A stretch of DNA of 64,000 bases from Isurus oxyrinchus (lineage: Eukaryota). This document shows positions 51,091-64,000 of the stretch, piece after piece. How positions within the stretch are numbered: the stretch's first letter is position 1; every line of letters begins with the position of its first letter. Below the pieces are notes generated by a model, which was not told the origin of the DNA, made no database searches, and was given only the letters and a program-made list of their open reading frames with translations. Location: NCBI GenBank assembly GCA_026770705.1, contig JANJGN010000041.1, forward strand, positions 4,650,001 to 4,714,000. Direction: 5' to 3'. A program made the translations under genes and the position numbers.

Positions 51091-51343
51091 AGTTAACTAA
51101 TGGGCTGCATTTTAGGTAAAGGTAGCAACTTTTCTCTGATCCCTGTTGCGAATGCTATCTTGTCAGTTTCAACATGATGCTCTAGAACAATTAACGTGGC
51201 ATCTCTTCCGAATCTCTTGTGTTTGTAACGTGTTTCCCTTATTTCCCTGCGATGAATTTAAAAAGAGGATTTCTACGTTTCAGCTCCCAAGTTCATTCCA
51301 TCTTGTGCATCCATCTCTGCAGGAAAGACATCTCCTCTTAAAG

Positions 51344-51413
51344 ATGGGAGAACTGATACTTCATCAGATAGAAGCCATTTATTATCCTATTCTCGCGGCT
51401 ATTGGCGTTCCTG
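51344..51413 (+). CDS. Exon 1 of an intact GPR139/GPR142-like class A GPCR
   Basis: aagATGg start context; encodes MGELILHQIEAIYYPILAAIGVP; canonical phase-1 donor G|GTAAG at 51413/51414. Confidence 0.8.
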
Positions 51414-52094
51414 GTAAGAACCTAAACACAACCATTACCAGTATAAATTAATGTTGACGTTCTTCTCAAAGGACGGTTCCAATAATATATGAATAGTTTA
51501 TTTAATGTTGGGCAGTCATCGAGGAAGGGATGTATGTTTAACCATAATGTTAACAGGTTTCTTCCTGTTGGTCTATCATTCACTCCGTGGTCCCCAAAAC
51601 TGACACCGTATTCATGCTTTAGGGAATGCCTTGTGGGCTCTGCAATAATTATCAAAATCAAGTCCAAACCGAGTTTGAACTGGTAGAAAACACCATCTAT
51701 TAAAATCTGTGCAGAGGCAAATTCGTATTCTGAAAAATTATGCATGAAATACTTCAAGTCTTTGCCAGTGCTTTTCCTCCATTTTCCAATATTTAAAAGA
51801 AAGGGACCCCTTCAAATCAAATAGTTATTGACACAGCGATACTTGTACAAATCTGTAGGCAGAGACGATTTCTGGAAGTCCTGGTGAAAAAGGTTAGTGC
51901 GTGTGCTGAAGACATTTGATGTCTAAATAATTTGTCTGTTGAAATACATGCATTTCTACAGCCTCATTTATCGAACCTAATGAATGTACATTTGGTGTAC
52001 TCACTGAAGTACCGCAAAAGGTTAAAGGCAATTTTTGGTCGGGAAGCTTGCACCAGCAGCAAGTTGACAATGACCGAATGATCCGTTTTGTAGG

Positions 52095-52355
52095 CTTTGG
52101 GAGATGTTTAAATAGTGGTCAGGACATAAGGGGCTACGACAATATTGTTCTTTAAAATAGGGGCATGGAATATTTGACGTTTACCTTGTGCAATGATCTG
52201 ACATCTGTTCTGAAAGTTACTACTGCCGATAGTGCAGAACTACTTCACTACGGCCACTGGAGCATTATCCCAGAATTTTGTTTTCAATTACTGATGCATG
52301 ACGTAAGTAATCAAACATCTATCTCAGCATGGAGATTGCTAACTCAGACATAAGT
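52095..52355 (-). mobile_element. Deu-domain tRNA-SINE (SacSINE1/AmnSINE-like), degenerate
   Basis: aaatagtggtcaggaca..aaataggggcatggaatatttgacgtttacc..gccgatagtgcagaactacttcactacggccactggag matches the reverse DeuSINE as I recall it. Confidence 0.6.
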
Positions 52356-52577
52356 GGTCCGACTTCTGAACATCTATGCACCCCGAGTAGTTGTCACATT
52401 CTCATTATTCTGCTCACATCAATTTCTAGCCATCCACTTCCTGCTGTTGAAAACGCTGCTTCCAAATCTAACTGATTTACATTGAGGATTGGAGTGGATT
52501 GATATTAAGCATTGTCAGAATACCCTGCTGCCTTTGGAAACGCACTTTGCCAGGTTACATGGTGGCAATGAGAGGGA

Positions 52578-53000
52578 TATAGGAGCATAGGAAATACGAG
52601 TAGAATTTGACCATTTGACAACACTAGGGTGCCCCATTACGAAAGTATATCTTAGCTGAAATTATGCCTCCACAGCATTCCGTGCACTATCTTAAATGTT
52701 TGGATGCAGTTAATATTGCGAAATCGGTTCACTGACACCTTCAGTATACTCAATGAATGCCCATGTGCCGAAGATGCAGTACATAATTTCGAACATTTAC
52801 CCTTCCCTGAATGACGAATTCTTCCTAATCTCAGTTCTAAATGCAAACGTCTTATCCTGATTTTGCTTTTCCTGGTTTTAGACACAACCGCCAGGTGAAA
52901 TATGCATGCAAGATCTACATCACCACAACTTATCAGAACGATGAATTCTGCAGTGAGGTCTCTTCTCATTTCCCAATGCTTCAGAAAGCAAAGGATATGG
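52578..53000 (-). mobile_element. CR1 3' end fragment
   Basis: ataggagcataggaaatacgagtag..gaccatt.. and ttcttcctaatctcagttctaaatg are typical of the reverse CR1 tail. Confidence 0.6.
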
Positions 53001-55469
53001 CTCGTCAAAATCTCCACATAGGACAATACCAGATAAATCCCAGTAATCCAACAAGTAATCTGTTCAAAATTCCTTGTCGCAGAGTTACACCAACACCTAA
53101 TGAAACCTACACCAAAGAAGCAGAATGGAATGTTTGACCAGCACCACAAACATTACCATCAACACTCCACATGACAATTGCAAAGTTGGGGATACTCTGG
53201 TTTGGGGTTACAAATTATTGTTGCACAAATCAGCTAAAGCTGATTATCCACAGTGCCTCCTGAATGCCCACTTTTGAGTTGTTAATCAATGTGAAATCTA
53301 CCCCAATTAGCACAATGGTTGTCTCACGCAGTATGATGGAGGGAAGCCCTGATGTGAGGAGGAATTATTCTGCACAAGGACCGTGCTTAACCCTATCAAT
53401 CCTTTAATGGACAGATGCACATGTGGTGGGTAGCTTGTTGGAGCGAATTCACTTAGATTTTTGCATCTGGTTGGTTCCTTCGTCATCTGCTAAAATCCAG
53501 TCTAGAAGTTATCTTTTTACCTCGGCCAGCTCGGCCATTATTAATTCTACAGATCCCCTCTTACTCACAGATATCGAGGTGCCCTTTGTAAAGCTTTTTT
53601 TCTTGTCAATCTCCAAAACGTGGGCCTTTGAAGACCATCGATTCATTCGCTACACAGCAGGAGGGGACAGTCATTGTCCATATGGTACGTGACGTCATTG
53701 ATTTCATTTCAGTACCACGTGCTCTCAAGGATATTTAAAATGATGCAAACTGAACGTGTTGCAAAATGCTATTTAGGAATGCAATAATACAGTTGAGCGA
53801 TATCGAAAAATTCGGTGGATATTTCACCTTTTAGATTAGATTATTTCACTCAGATTTTTGCTGATGATTCATATGAACTTTAAAGCAGTAAGAGGAATTA
53901 TCATATATAGAAAAACAGCATGAATAATTAAGTTCACGGAATGATTGCAAATCAAACAGTCTGCTGTGTCCTGGATTAAGTCAATATTCTTGAATTCTAT
54001 TGGAACATAAGGCATCAAGAAAGTTATAGAGTATCCCATCACACTCCTGATTTGTGCATTTTAGATGGAAGAAAGATTTTAGAGAGTGCCTTGCTCACCA
54101 CAGCATTCTCAGATTCTGACCTGTCCGTTTAGTCACAACTTCTTGTCAATGTTTTGTCCAAATACATTGAATATGGGGGCTTAAGCGATGGTAACGTGAT
54201 TAAAACGCAAGTGTATATGTTGGATGATCTTTTGGTGCAGGTGTTCATTGGCTGTCAATTTTCTGCGCCGGATATTACCTGTCATTTTTTCAGCACAAGT
54301 CTCGCTATTACCCAGTTTTTGATGTAAATGGGCATGGATTTCAACAGCATCAATTTTGTCGCAAATTGAACATTGAACAATCATCAGTGGACACAATCCC
54401 CTCCCAATACCCCACCCCCTCCCCACTACACCAAATACTCTTCTGTGTTTAAAATGCAGAAAAGTTCATTGATGCAGCAGCTTAATATGGCTGTGCTCAG
54501 GACACTGCCCACAGGCTCTCGTCTAGTGATGTCATGGGGCTGACATAAATCAACTGGAAAACAAAAGAAAAATGTAAAGAAATAATATTTTCGCTTGGTA
54601 TGACTTCAAGCAGTGGAGAACCGGCTCTTTAATCTTATTGACTATAATTCTTATAGCCCTCGTTGATACGCTAGTGTAATGACTGTTCTCCTGATCTAAA
54701 ACACAGCCCCTCTCTCCTCACCACATGAGCACAGCACTTTTGAACATGTTTAGACCAAGGCAGAACGGAGATTTGGAGCACGCACAAAGCAATAATTGAG
54801 TGTCATTGTGCAGTTTACCGCTGAGCATGTGGTGATAAGAAGCATTGCCCATGATACTTTTTAACACTTTGGTTATGATGAAATGTGGGCCGATGGGGCT
54901 GTAATTAGAATGCTAGGCTTTGTCGTGGTTTTTTTTTTTGTGGATATGTATACCAGTGAAAATGCTCACACTTTTGTTTCGATGCCAGTGTTTTGGATGC
55001 ACCATACCTGCTTCGATAGGAAGGCTTATTCAGGAGCACTGATTTCCCATCCTCTTGGCTTTATCTAAAATCACCCATAGCCTTTGCATCATACAGATCC
55101 TTCTGTCATTCCATAAATTCATGTGCTGAGAATCACATTGTATGAAGACTGGAAATTGTGATGCTTGTCACCCCTAGGAGGAGGCCGGGATGGTTCATCC
55201 ACCCGTCAATTCAGGGTGAATGCGGCTGCAAATTCATGTATATGCTGCGATGCACTGTGCTACAGATTCATTGCCGATGGGGACATTGTTGGAGAGCCAT
55301 TGAGTTGCAAAATGTTCCACCACCATTAAAGTCGACTGTGACAGGACTTCAGATCTGAGCTATCGTTATTTGTTAGGGGGATCAATGAGTCCAGTATTTC
55401 TCATACTGAACATGCTGTTTTGCTTGCAACTCGGCCTGTCTTACAATGCACCAGGTTAAGCTGTTTTGT

Positions 55470-55730
55470 TAGGTAGGATCGCTGCTGCCTTGGACATACG
55501 AAAGATGTTGGCTGGGTTCTTTTGTTTGTGCACATGACCCCGCAAGCCTGGAAGGACAAGAGCAGAAGAGGCATGGGAACGCTGTTAATTATAAATCCTT
55601 TCCAAGTCACACACCAAGGTGACTTAGCGATTTATCACGGTTCCTTGACTGTCACTGGATGAAAAATCTGGAAATCCATCGCTTGTAGCAAAGTGTCTGC
55701 ACCCGCTTCACAAGGACTGCAACGCTAGAA
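55470..55730 (+). mobile_element. LINE 3' fragment (same family as 35190-36520)
   Basis: gaaggacaagagcag..gcatgggaac..tccaagtcacacacc..gttccttgactgtcactgg is the reverse complement of the tail at 35.3 and 50.9 kb. Confidence 0.6.
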
Positions 55731-58700
55731 AAAAAAAACATTTTCAAGAAGAATTAATGAAAACGGAAATCAAATTAGTCATCTTGTCAATATATTCAAA
55801 GAAAAGAAAATGTTGCAAGATGACCCAATGATGAATACTGATATCATTTTTGAATTGAAATTACGGCCCTGGCTGCTTCTTTTCTTCCAATTCAACAAAA
55901 ATGAACTAAAAAATGCATGTTTAAATGTAAATTATTTTACGATAACACTGGCCCCTAGCTGAGAATGTATATTTCAAATGAACTCCTGAATATCCAAATC
56001 TTTAAAAAAATGATTGGCTCCAATTGTCGTCCGCAAGTTGGAGCCACCCCCCACCCCAACCACGTCACCCCCAAAACCCCAAAACCCCACCACCCACCCA
56101 CCTCAAATATGCAGAATTTTCACAAAGATCAATAACGTACGTTGCTTATAATGACATTCCGTACATAAATCTCCCCAGTTGCAGATGGAGAACGGGCGGG
56201 CCCACCTTTTACCAGTTACTAATTAGCAAGTTATTAAGATTGTGAACGAGACAATTGTATGTTTTCTTGATTTATGCTCTGCACTTGTCATGGCCCAGAC
56301 GAGAGAGAAAAGAATGTTTCTGGGCAGCTACCATCAGGCGAGAATCGCGCAGAAGAGTGGTTCTGCCTCCGGGACCATGATTAAATGTAGCAACAGATTG
56401 TGCTGGGGAAGATGGCAGCGAGGTCATGTTTACTTTTCAGATTTTTGATTCTTGCCTGAGCTTTCAACAAAAAAACATTTTTTGGAAAAACAGTTTCTGT
56501 GAGCAGGTGGTCTTGAGCTTGCAACCAGACCGACTTTCTGTTCGCAGCATTACACTCTGCCACATGATGTTCAGGTTTTCACTGCAGATGGGACGGGGAG
56601 CCCATTTTGCATCACTCATTGCTTCCTCTCCGTTGGAATTTAATGAATTGTGGAGCGGGAGGTGGTCTAAGTGAGGGTCAGTATAAAATGTTCTAATTTT
56701 ACATTTCTCCAATCTCATGCTGCCGAGAACCGTAAAATCCAGAACACGGTCTACTTATTGTACTGTTTCTTGATGCTCATATATGACGATTAACGTTCTG
56801 AGCCTGCACCGCAGGATTTGTCTCGCATATCTAGTTTAACTTCTGCTATCGAAACTGCAGCAACGCGTCATAACCACAAACACTATTCAGTGGATCACAC
56901 TCGCTGGTGCATTCGCCACAACATTCACAAGTTGACTGAAATAAATTAGTTCTTAGGTTTCTGTCTTGAATGAAACATATGGCACAGAAAATTGTTAATT
57001 TGTACTTACACTGCGAATAGAACTTTGTTGTTAAAGTGATATGGATCTGGGACCCGGGAGGAAATTCCATCGCTCTGTAGTTCTTCAGACTCGGGTGTTT
57101 GCAGTAACGACACCAAGAAGCACATAAACCAAACAGCAAATTAATAACAGGTCAGGAGCAGAGTGCATTTGCAGATTGCAAGGGGTCATTCTGTGGCATA
57201 TATATTTTTTCATTTCTCTAGTTTATTTAGCAATGAATAACGTTGATAATATATTCGATGACTGTATACTTAATTTGCCAGGTAATCAATGGATAATGGT
57301 TTCGATAGATCACTATTTCATTCGGTAGATAATTGGATGGCTCAATCCAGGGCATTTCAAAGTTTAATTCGGAAGCAAATACTGGAAATATACTGATAAT
57401 TTATTGGACAACAGTTTTGATCTTTAATTTGTTCAAAGATTGACTGTTTCATTATATAACCGTTTAAATTACGGTATTTTATAAACTGCCCCTTATTCAC
57501 AGTGTCAACCAGTACAGTTTCAAGTGATGATAATTTGGCTAACAGTCTTTGGATAAATCACAATACTGCACGGATAATTATGTCACTCAGTTGAAAAGCA
57601 TGTCATTGTAGGAATATTATTATTTGGTTTGCTCAAACAATAACAGGTATCGGGTAAATGAAGGTTATTTTGCATTTTTGACATATGTTTTAAACTGGAA
57701 TTGTGTCAAAATAGCTTTGAATTCTAAAACTTCCATTCTTTCCAGTGCAGCCTACAATGTCAACAGAAACTCAAACTTTAATTTGTATCCATTGCCTGTC
57801 ATTTTCAAAGCTGCTTGTGATTACCTTTGACAGCTCCATTAAGTCAATTAATGTTGATGTTTGCATGCGAGTTAGAAAATTGTGCATCGGAGGCTGCCAA
57901 CTGGACTGCGTTTTTAACAGAAATAGACATTTTTGTGTGTGTATCGTTAAAGCTTACCAAATTGCAAACTGATTTAAAAATGTAAAAAGCTATTTATATT
58001 TATCCGACTAATTCGCCTTATTCATTCAAAGTTCATCTAAATCATTAACCAACATTGACTGAATTAATATCATTCAAAATGTTAATTCACCACCCCTTTT
58101 ACAGACGTTCAATGCATTGTTCTTTCCCTGAGTTCAAGTTTGCGAAAACTCTACGTTCAGTCTGCACCATGTTGCAGAGCCTTGAATACACCTGGTAAAC
58201 GAATTAACTCTCTATCTACTTATACAATTATTGTGGGAATGTTTTCCATTATCTAATGTGTGCCTCCCGAATCTAATCGGAGATTTCAATCGGAAAGCTA
58301 TTCTGCACCTTTACCAGATCCATGACATCTTATCCTAGACCATCGCCAACAGAACTATATAGAAAATGTCGGCAGCGATCCGATGACATACTTTCGAAGA
58401 TAATTCAGGCTAGATCATTTAACTTGCTTCGAAATGCAGACAATAATTTAATAAACGTGCGTATCAAGTTATCACATATCTGGCAGCTACAAATTAGTTC
58501 ACTGAGATTCACTAAGAAAATGTATTCTTCAGAATTCAAATGGAACTTCACTTATTAAGCAACAGAAATCATGATGCAACCGTGATTATCTGAAGCTCAC
58601 GTCAATTTTCCTTGACTTATATACATCATTTAGTTTAATCAGTATAAATGTTTTGAATTAATCTTCAGCATTCTAATGCAGCATTGAATAACTTTGCTAA

Positions 58701-59818
58701 TTCACTAAAAATGTTCCTGCATTTTGAAGAAAAAAGAAATATGCATTTTATAGCCGATCAATGATTGGAAACTCTGCCCTGTCTACTTGAAAGCAAAAAG
58801 CCAGTTATGACCTCACCAGAATCAAATCTTCGAATTGCTCATTAATATTGCTCTGCAAGCAATGTGCCCTTATGGCCAAAAAATCATGCCAACTCCATCT
58901 GATAACAATGTCACCGTTCCCATTCTGGCATTAAAGTGCCCTCTTGATCACGATGGGCTGCACCCATTCTGCATAGCAACTTTGCTTCGTTCTTTCTGCA
59001 AGGAATTAGCGATGCATTCACATGAAATTCTCCTCAGCATTGCCCAGCCAGCATATCAATCACACACATGATTGAGCAGCTCTCTGGAATAAAACGTCTC
59101 ACTGGGAACCTGCATAATACTGTCACTCTGTACTGATTTTCATTGTACAGCCACTATGACAACTCCTGTGTCAACTTGCATCAGGCCTTTCCGAATGCTG
59201 GTCTTTTATTGAGCTCAGTGACTATTCTTTGGCCCTGTGTGTTTACCTTTTCATCTTTACCCACACAAGCGTTCAGATTATGTTCGTGTCCCTGGGCAAT
59301 ATTTTACCCTCAAGCTCTAAGTCCTGTTGCACAGTCGTCCTTCCCACTACGTATCACAACTATAGGTCACCAGCACGCATTGCACCAGTACCTCTTCCAC
59401 AGTATAATTCCACATGGCCCAATTTCTATTTTGTGCATTTATTTCCCACTTCACATCGTAACAACACACATGGATTGGCTCTTTATACCTTTCATTTACC
59501 TTTTAATATTCAACATACCCAGCCGTTTGTATGCTTTCAAATTGTCCAATTCAAATTTGCTTTCAGCAAACTCAATCATAATTGCAGAATAGTTGTCCAG
59601 TTTACTTTGACATTCGTTTCAAAAGCAGAATTATGAACTGACGTTTCTCTTCCCTATCCATTTTCACTGGGTTCCGTTTACATTTAGAACATGGTCACGT
59701 CAAAAAGCAGGTTGTGCATATTTGGGTCAAATGGACGATCCTTTGCTGCAACAGGAAGAAGATTAATTATATTCATCTGTGTCATCAACCTCATGCTCTC
59801 TCTATCTCTCTCTTACAG

Positions 59819-60723
59819 TTAATGTTGTTGCCATTGTGATTCTTTCAGGAGGAATGTGTGGCCTCTCCAAATGTATTACCCATTATATGATCGCCATGGC
59901 TACGGCGGATCTCCTGGTTGTTTGTGCTCAAGTCATGTTGAACAATAAGCTGTATATGTATTTACCTGCTTCATTCTTGACCATGAGCACGGTCTGCCCT
60001 CTAACTGTGACATTGACTTATGCAGTCATATCAGCTTCTGTCTGGTTAACAGTGGGGTTCACCTTTGATCGTTTTGTGGCCATATGTTGTAAGAAGCTGC
60101 GAAAAAAATATTGCACGGAGACAACAGCAGTAGCTGTCATATCAGTGGTGAGTGTGTTGAGTTGTTTGATGAACATTCCCTGGTACTTTGCGTATGAACC
60201 TGCATATACAATGGACAATGTAAATCGTGGTTGTGTCCTAAAACTGACATTTTTCATTTCTGATGAATGGGCCGCATTTGCCTTGCTTAACATTGCCTTG
60301 ACCCCATGTGTTCCATTTATTCTAATTTTGTTGCTAAATTTTTGGACGGCAAGATGTATTTTGGCAGCCAGTAAAGTTCGCAGGGGTCTCCGCGGTTGCA
60401 ACAATGGAGAACATCACAAGGATACTGAAATAGAAAACCGAAGAAAGTCCATTGTTTTACTCTTCAGTATAACCGGTAGCTTTATATTGCTCTGGACAGC
60501 TCCAATTATATATATTATTTCTCTGCATGTAACAATCACATCGATTTCTGGGACAAACGAGATTGAGACAGTTAGTTTCATGCTTGGATTCCTCAGTTGC
60601 TGCACAAATACATTCATTTATGTGCTGACACAGGCTAAGTTTAGGGAGGAGCTGAAGAGAGGAATACAGTATCTTGTGAAACTGTGCGTTAAAATAGGCA
60701 AATTACAGCTGAAAACCCATTGA
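59819..60723 (+). CDS. Exon 2 of the intact GPR139/GPR142-like GPCR (spliced product 324 aa, 7TM)
   Basis: Polypyrimidine acceptor ctctctcttacag|59819 is phase-compatible with exon 1 (70+905=975 bp, open). Motifs: GVPVN (TM1), AMATADLL (TM2), FTFDRF (TM3), NIPWYF (TM4), PCVPF (TM5), FILLW (TM6), SCCTNTFIY (TM7), KFREEL (helix 8). Confidence 0.92.
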
Positions 60724-60908
60724 CCTTTACAGGAGGGCATAAAAATTTTGTGCTGAATGAGCTCATCTTAGCAATAGGCTTGTAACAAAGTTTAACACTC
60801 TGGATAAAATAATATCCTACTAAAGATGCATGTTTTGTCATATAATGTCGAATTAAACTACTTTTCACACTAAACTCTAATCAATGGTGAAATGTAAGCT
60901 GTGATAAC

Positions 60909-60930
60909 AATAATAAATAAATAATAAAAA
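60909..60930 (+). promoter_or_regulatory. Clustered AATAAA polyadenylation signals of the intact GPCR
   Basis: aataataaataaataataaaaa lies ~190 bp after the stop codon. Confidence 0.55.
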
Positions 60931-62549
60931 TATTGAACTGTCCCTGTTAGCGTTGCAGAGTTAGAAAGTTTGAATTGTGATACCAGGTCCTGACAGCCTC
61001 GTATTCATTGGAACAGCTGTTCCTATAAATAAAAGAACACCCAAAACAGTAGTTGCTGGATCTCTGATAACTCGACATATGTAACATAGACAAACGTCAC
61101 CAATTTCCTACAAATCACTTCTGACCCAAATAGTACATGGGGGAATTTTCAGAACAAGTTTCATGAAGTCTGACACCCTCCAAATTTCGGACAGTTGTAG
61201 AATGAGCTGCTTCCCAGATTTCCATATAACTCACATGATTTAAACAAGGAAGGCCTGCTCTTCACGTGTTTTGTGAAAGGATGGGAATTGGCGTAATTGA
61301 TCAATCACTCCCATGGTACATCGGGCTGAGCGACGGCTCTATATCTTGGATTCAAAACTTTTAAACTCAATTTCCCTACGATTCATTTGAAAGCGCAAAT
61401 AGCTCACACTTATTTTTTCACGATTTATGCGGCTACCTCTTCCCCACATGCTCATTCACAACACTCTCTATTTCATGTTATCGGGTGCTTTCACACAGAA
61501 AGCCACCAAATGGCTGTTGTCATAATTCTCGAATGTTTAAATATGTTTAACTTGATATCCACTCATAATTATAGCGAGTGACGCCTCAACCATGTATCAG
61601 CACGATTTCCCAGCCAAGAAACGGCTGATCACACCTGGCTCCAACATAAATTTCCTTCTTGGCTTACCTACACATGATGAATGTGAAAAAAATATAATGT
61701 AATTCTTCCTGTGGCATATACTTCTAATTTCTTTAACTTCAATGCCATTCATAGAATTGAACCATAGACGGGCAACAGCATAGAAGCAGCTCATTTCGCC
61801 ATTCTTTTCCTTATTGTCTCTGATAAGGAAGTTGCAACTGACAGCCACTGATAGAATAGAGGCACAAAGGTGCAAGTGCTTCGATGTTAGAACATGGCAG
61901 ACTGACCTGTCCCTCGGGTATGGATAATTGTGGCGACCGTGCCTGGCACCATGCTTTGGGGGAGGGTGGGGGGCGGCGGAATGTGTTGTGCGCTGTGGTG
62001 ACCATTGAAAGCGGGTGACCTTTCATATCTGGGTAAGTTTGAAGGCGTCTGTTTAAGTGACACAAATGAGCTGCCCCCTTCGTATTTAGGATTCTATGGC
62101 CAGCATGAGCAGGGACACTGGAAATGGAGCTATATTGCTCGGGTGCGGAGGAAATGCAAAGCAAAAAAGCAGGAAATGAAGAGACCCTGATATGTTCTCC
62201 AGAAAACTAGAAGGCTGTGAAAAATGTTTCGGCAAATCTGTAAAATATTCAATTAATGCACTTTAGCGAATGCAGCACCGAGTCTGTGGAAGAGGGAAAA
62301 ATCTACACAGGCTGATGAAATAGCAAATTCTTCTGATGCGCTTCCCAGTAAAGAATTAATATATGGTCCAACAAATTGGCGAGATACCCTATTCAACAAG
62401 AAGACGATGGACATTCCTTTGGGAAAGGGGCCTGTGAAAATATTGGGCAGTGCCTATGTCTTCCAAACGATGATGAGAACGAAACTTTTCAGAAGACTTA
62501 AACTCACTGGAGATTCCAAACGGAAAAATAGTTGAAACAAATTGCCTGG

Positions 62550-63520
62550 TTACATGAAAAATCTCTGATGCAGATTTATGATTCTGCTGCAATTTGTACG
62601 GCGCAGAAAACGCACGCAAATTATGCAAGGAATGCGGCAGAGTCTGGAAACATCACAATGACAGATTGCAATGTGATCGAAATACTTAAGGAGCATTTTC
62701 AAAACGCAACAAAATGAATTGAAACAAAGCGAATGTTCCCAGAATTGAAGGCACTGGATGATAAAAAAAAAACAGAGAGATAAATAAACAAAGTGAAGAA
62801 AGAAAAGGGCAATCCGCGTTCATAGATATTATAGCAGTCGTTCAGCTCCAGTAGATCATTTCTCAGAGTTTCGTTGAAAACCTGCAAGGCTTTATGAACA
62901 CATCAATGAATCTTTTCCGGGATTAATTGCCATTAGAGCAAAATTGGACTCTACCATACAAGGATATGCCCAATGCATCAAAACATAACACGCACTTGAC
63001 GATTTTCTTTGCTCTTCTATTAGAAATGAGATAATTTTGATAAAGGCGTTGCAGGTGAAAGAAATAAACGTTATTGTAATGGTACAGGCTGCAATAAACC
63101 TTGTGCTTATTCTATTCAGTACCCCGGGTCTGAGTGATGAAGATCAGATATTCCTTGTGTTCATTAAGTTGATCTGACTTCTGAAGATGTGAATCGAGTA
63201 GAGGATTTATTCATTTTATGCTGACTCAAGACAACAGTTGGCCAGGCCTGATGCTCTCAATGATGCGCCAGATAAGCTTGGCCTTCGCATCACTGACAGT
63301 AAGATGCAGGGACACCACAAACGGGTAAACATTAGGTGTCAGAAACGAGGCGTACAGGCCTGCTCCCTTCATCAAAAACCTCGAGGCTTGTTAACTCCAT
63401 GAGGCAACTCAACTTATCTCTGGTATTAGAAGTTATGGCAAAGTGCAGTGCTAAAACCATGACATTGATTCGGAATAGTGCACCGAAATTACATAATTAT
63501 TACAGTTTAAAATAGATGGC
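62550..63520 (+). mobile_element. Possible RTE-type LINE relic
   Basis: DKLGLRITDSKMQ resembles RT ..GL.IN..KTK, preceded by a degenerate DLDFADD-like segment. Very decayed. Confidence 0.35.
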
Positions 63521-64000
63521 ATATATTGAGAGCGGATGCTTTCTAAATAATGTGAAAGTCGTTGTCAGACTGCTGGTGGAATTTCGAGTGTAGAGTGGGA
63601 ATGAAATCTGTTACCAAACAGCTGAATTTAAATGGCATTGATTACACTTGCTGAAGAAGGTGAAAACTCAACCCTTAACATTAAGGCTCAGTCTACAATC
63701 AACGACAGAGTCGAAGCTTTCGAATTTTGCTTTGCAAAGGTTGAGTGGGACGACAGCATATTTGCATAAGCATTGTTCCCCAGACGATTCCATCTTTCGA
63801 AATGCAGTTTCAGGCTGCTTTCTCATTACGGCGAAATAGCGAAAATGAGAAGCAGGCTGCATAGCACTCTTAATAATTTAAGATATTATTTGCAAGAGCG
63901 GTTCTTTCATGAAACGTTGATGGGCCAATTTGTGAGTAGCTGGAAAACGGCAAATGGATCAGATATTGGTGGGAGTTGGTTTTAAGCCACCAAACAATGG

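Noticed and set aside
59779-59818. N-terminus MSSTSCSLYLSLT of the 314-aa ORF as the real start
   Set aside because: It is the intronic polypyrimidine tract with a GTG start; TM1 is only completed by splicing to exon 1 at 51344.

Overview
AT-rich, repeat-dense vertebrate genomic DNA. The repeat families (CR1, L2, Penelope/GIY-YIG, Deu-domain SINE, Harbinger, Gypsy) and the gene style point to a cartilaginous fish (shark-like); this is inferred from recalled sequences. The gene content is a same-strand cluster of two-exon GPR139/GPR142-like class A GPCRs. One copy is apparently intact (exon 1 51344-51413, exon 2 59819-60723, 324 aa) and three are pseudogenes at different stages of decay (exon 2 near 5.2, 15.3 and 37.5 kb). 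Between them lie: the 3' half of an LTR element with a decayed paramyxovirus-F-like (lokiretrovirus-type) envelope gene and its LTR (42.2-44.4 kb, minus strand); several Penelope-derived pieces with minimal hammerhead-ribozyme motifs, including a perfect 192-bp palindrome with a 13-bp TSD; a ~2.1-kb tandem macro-repeat carrying tRNA-Asp pseudogenes; an orphan group-B SRCR pseudo-exon; several minisatellites; and a 549-bp assembly gap. Most short ORFs in the supplied track are spurious. All family assignments were made by eye from remembered motifs, with no database search.
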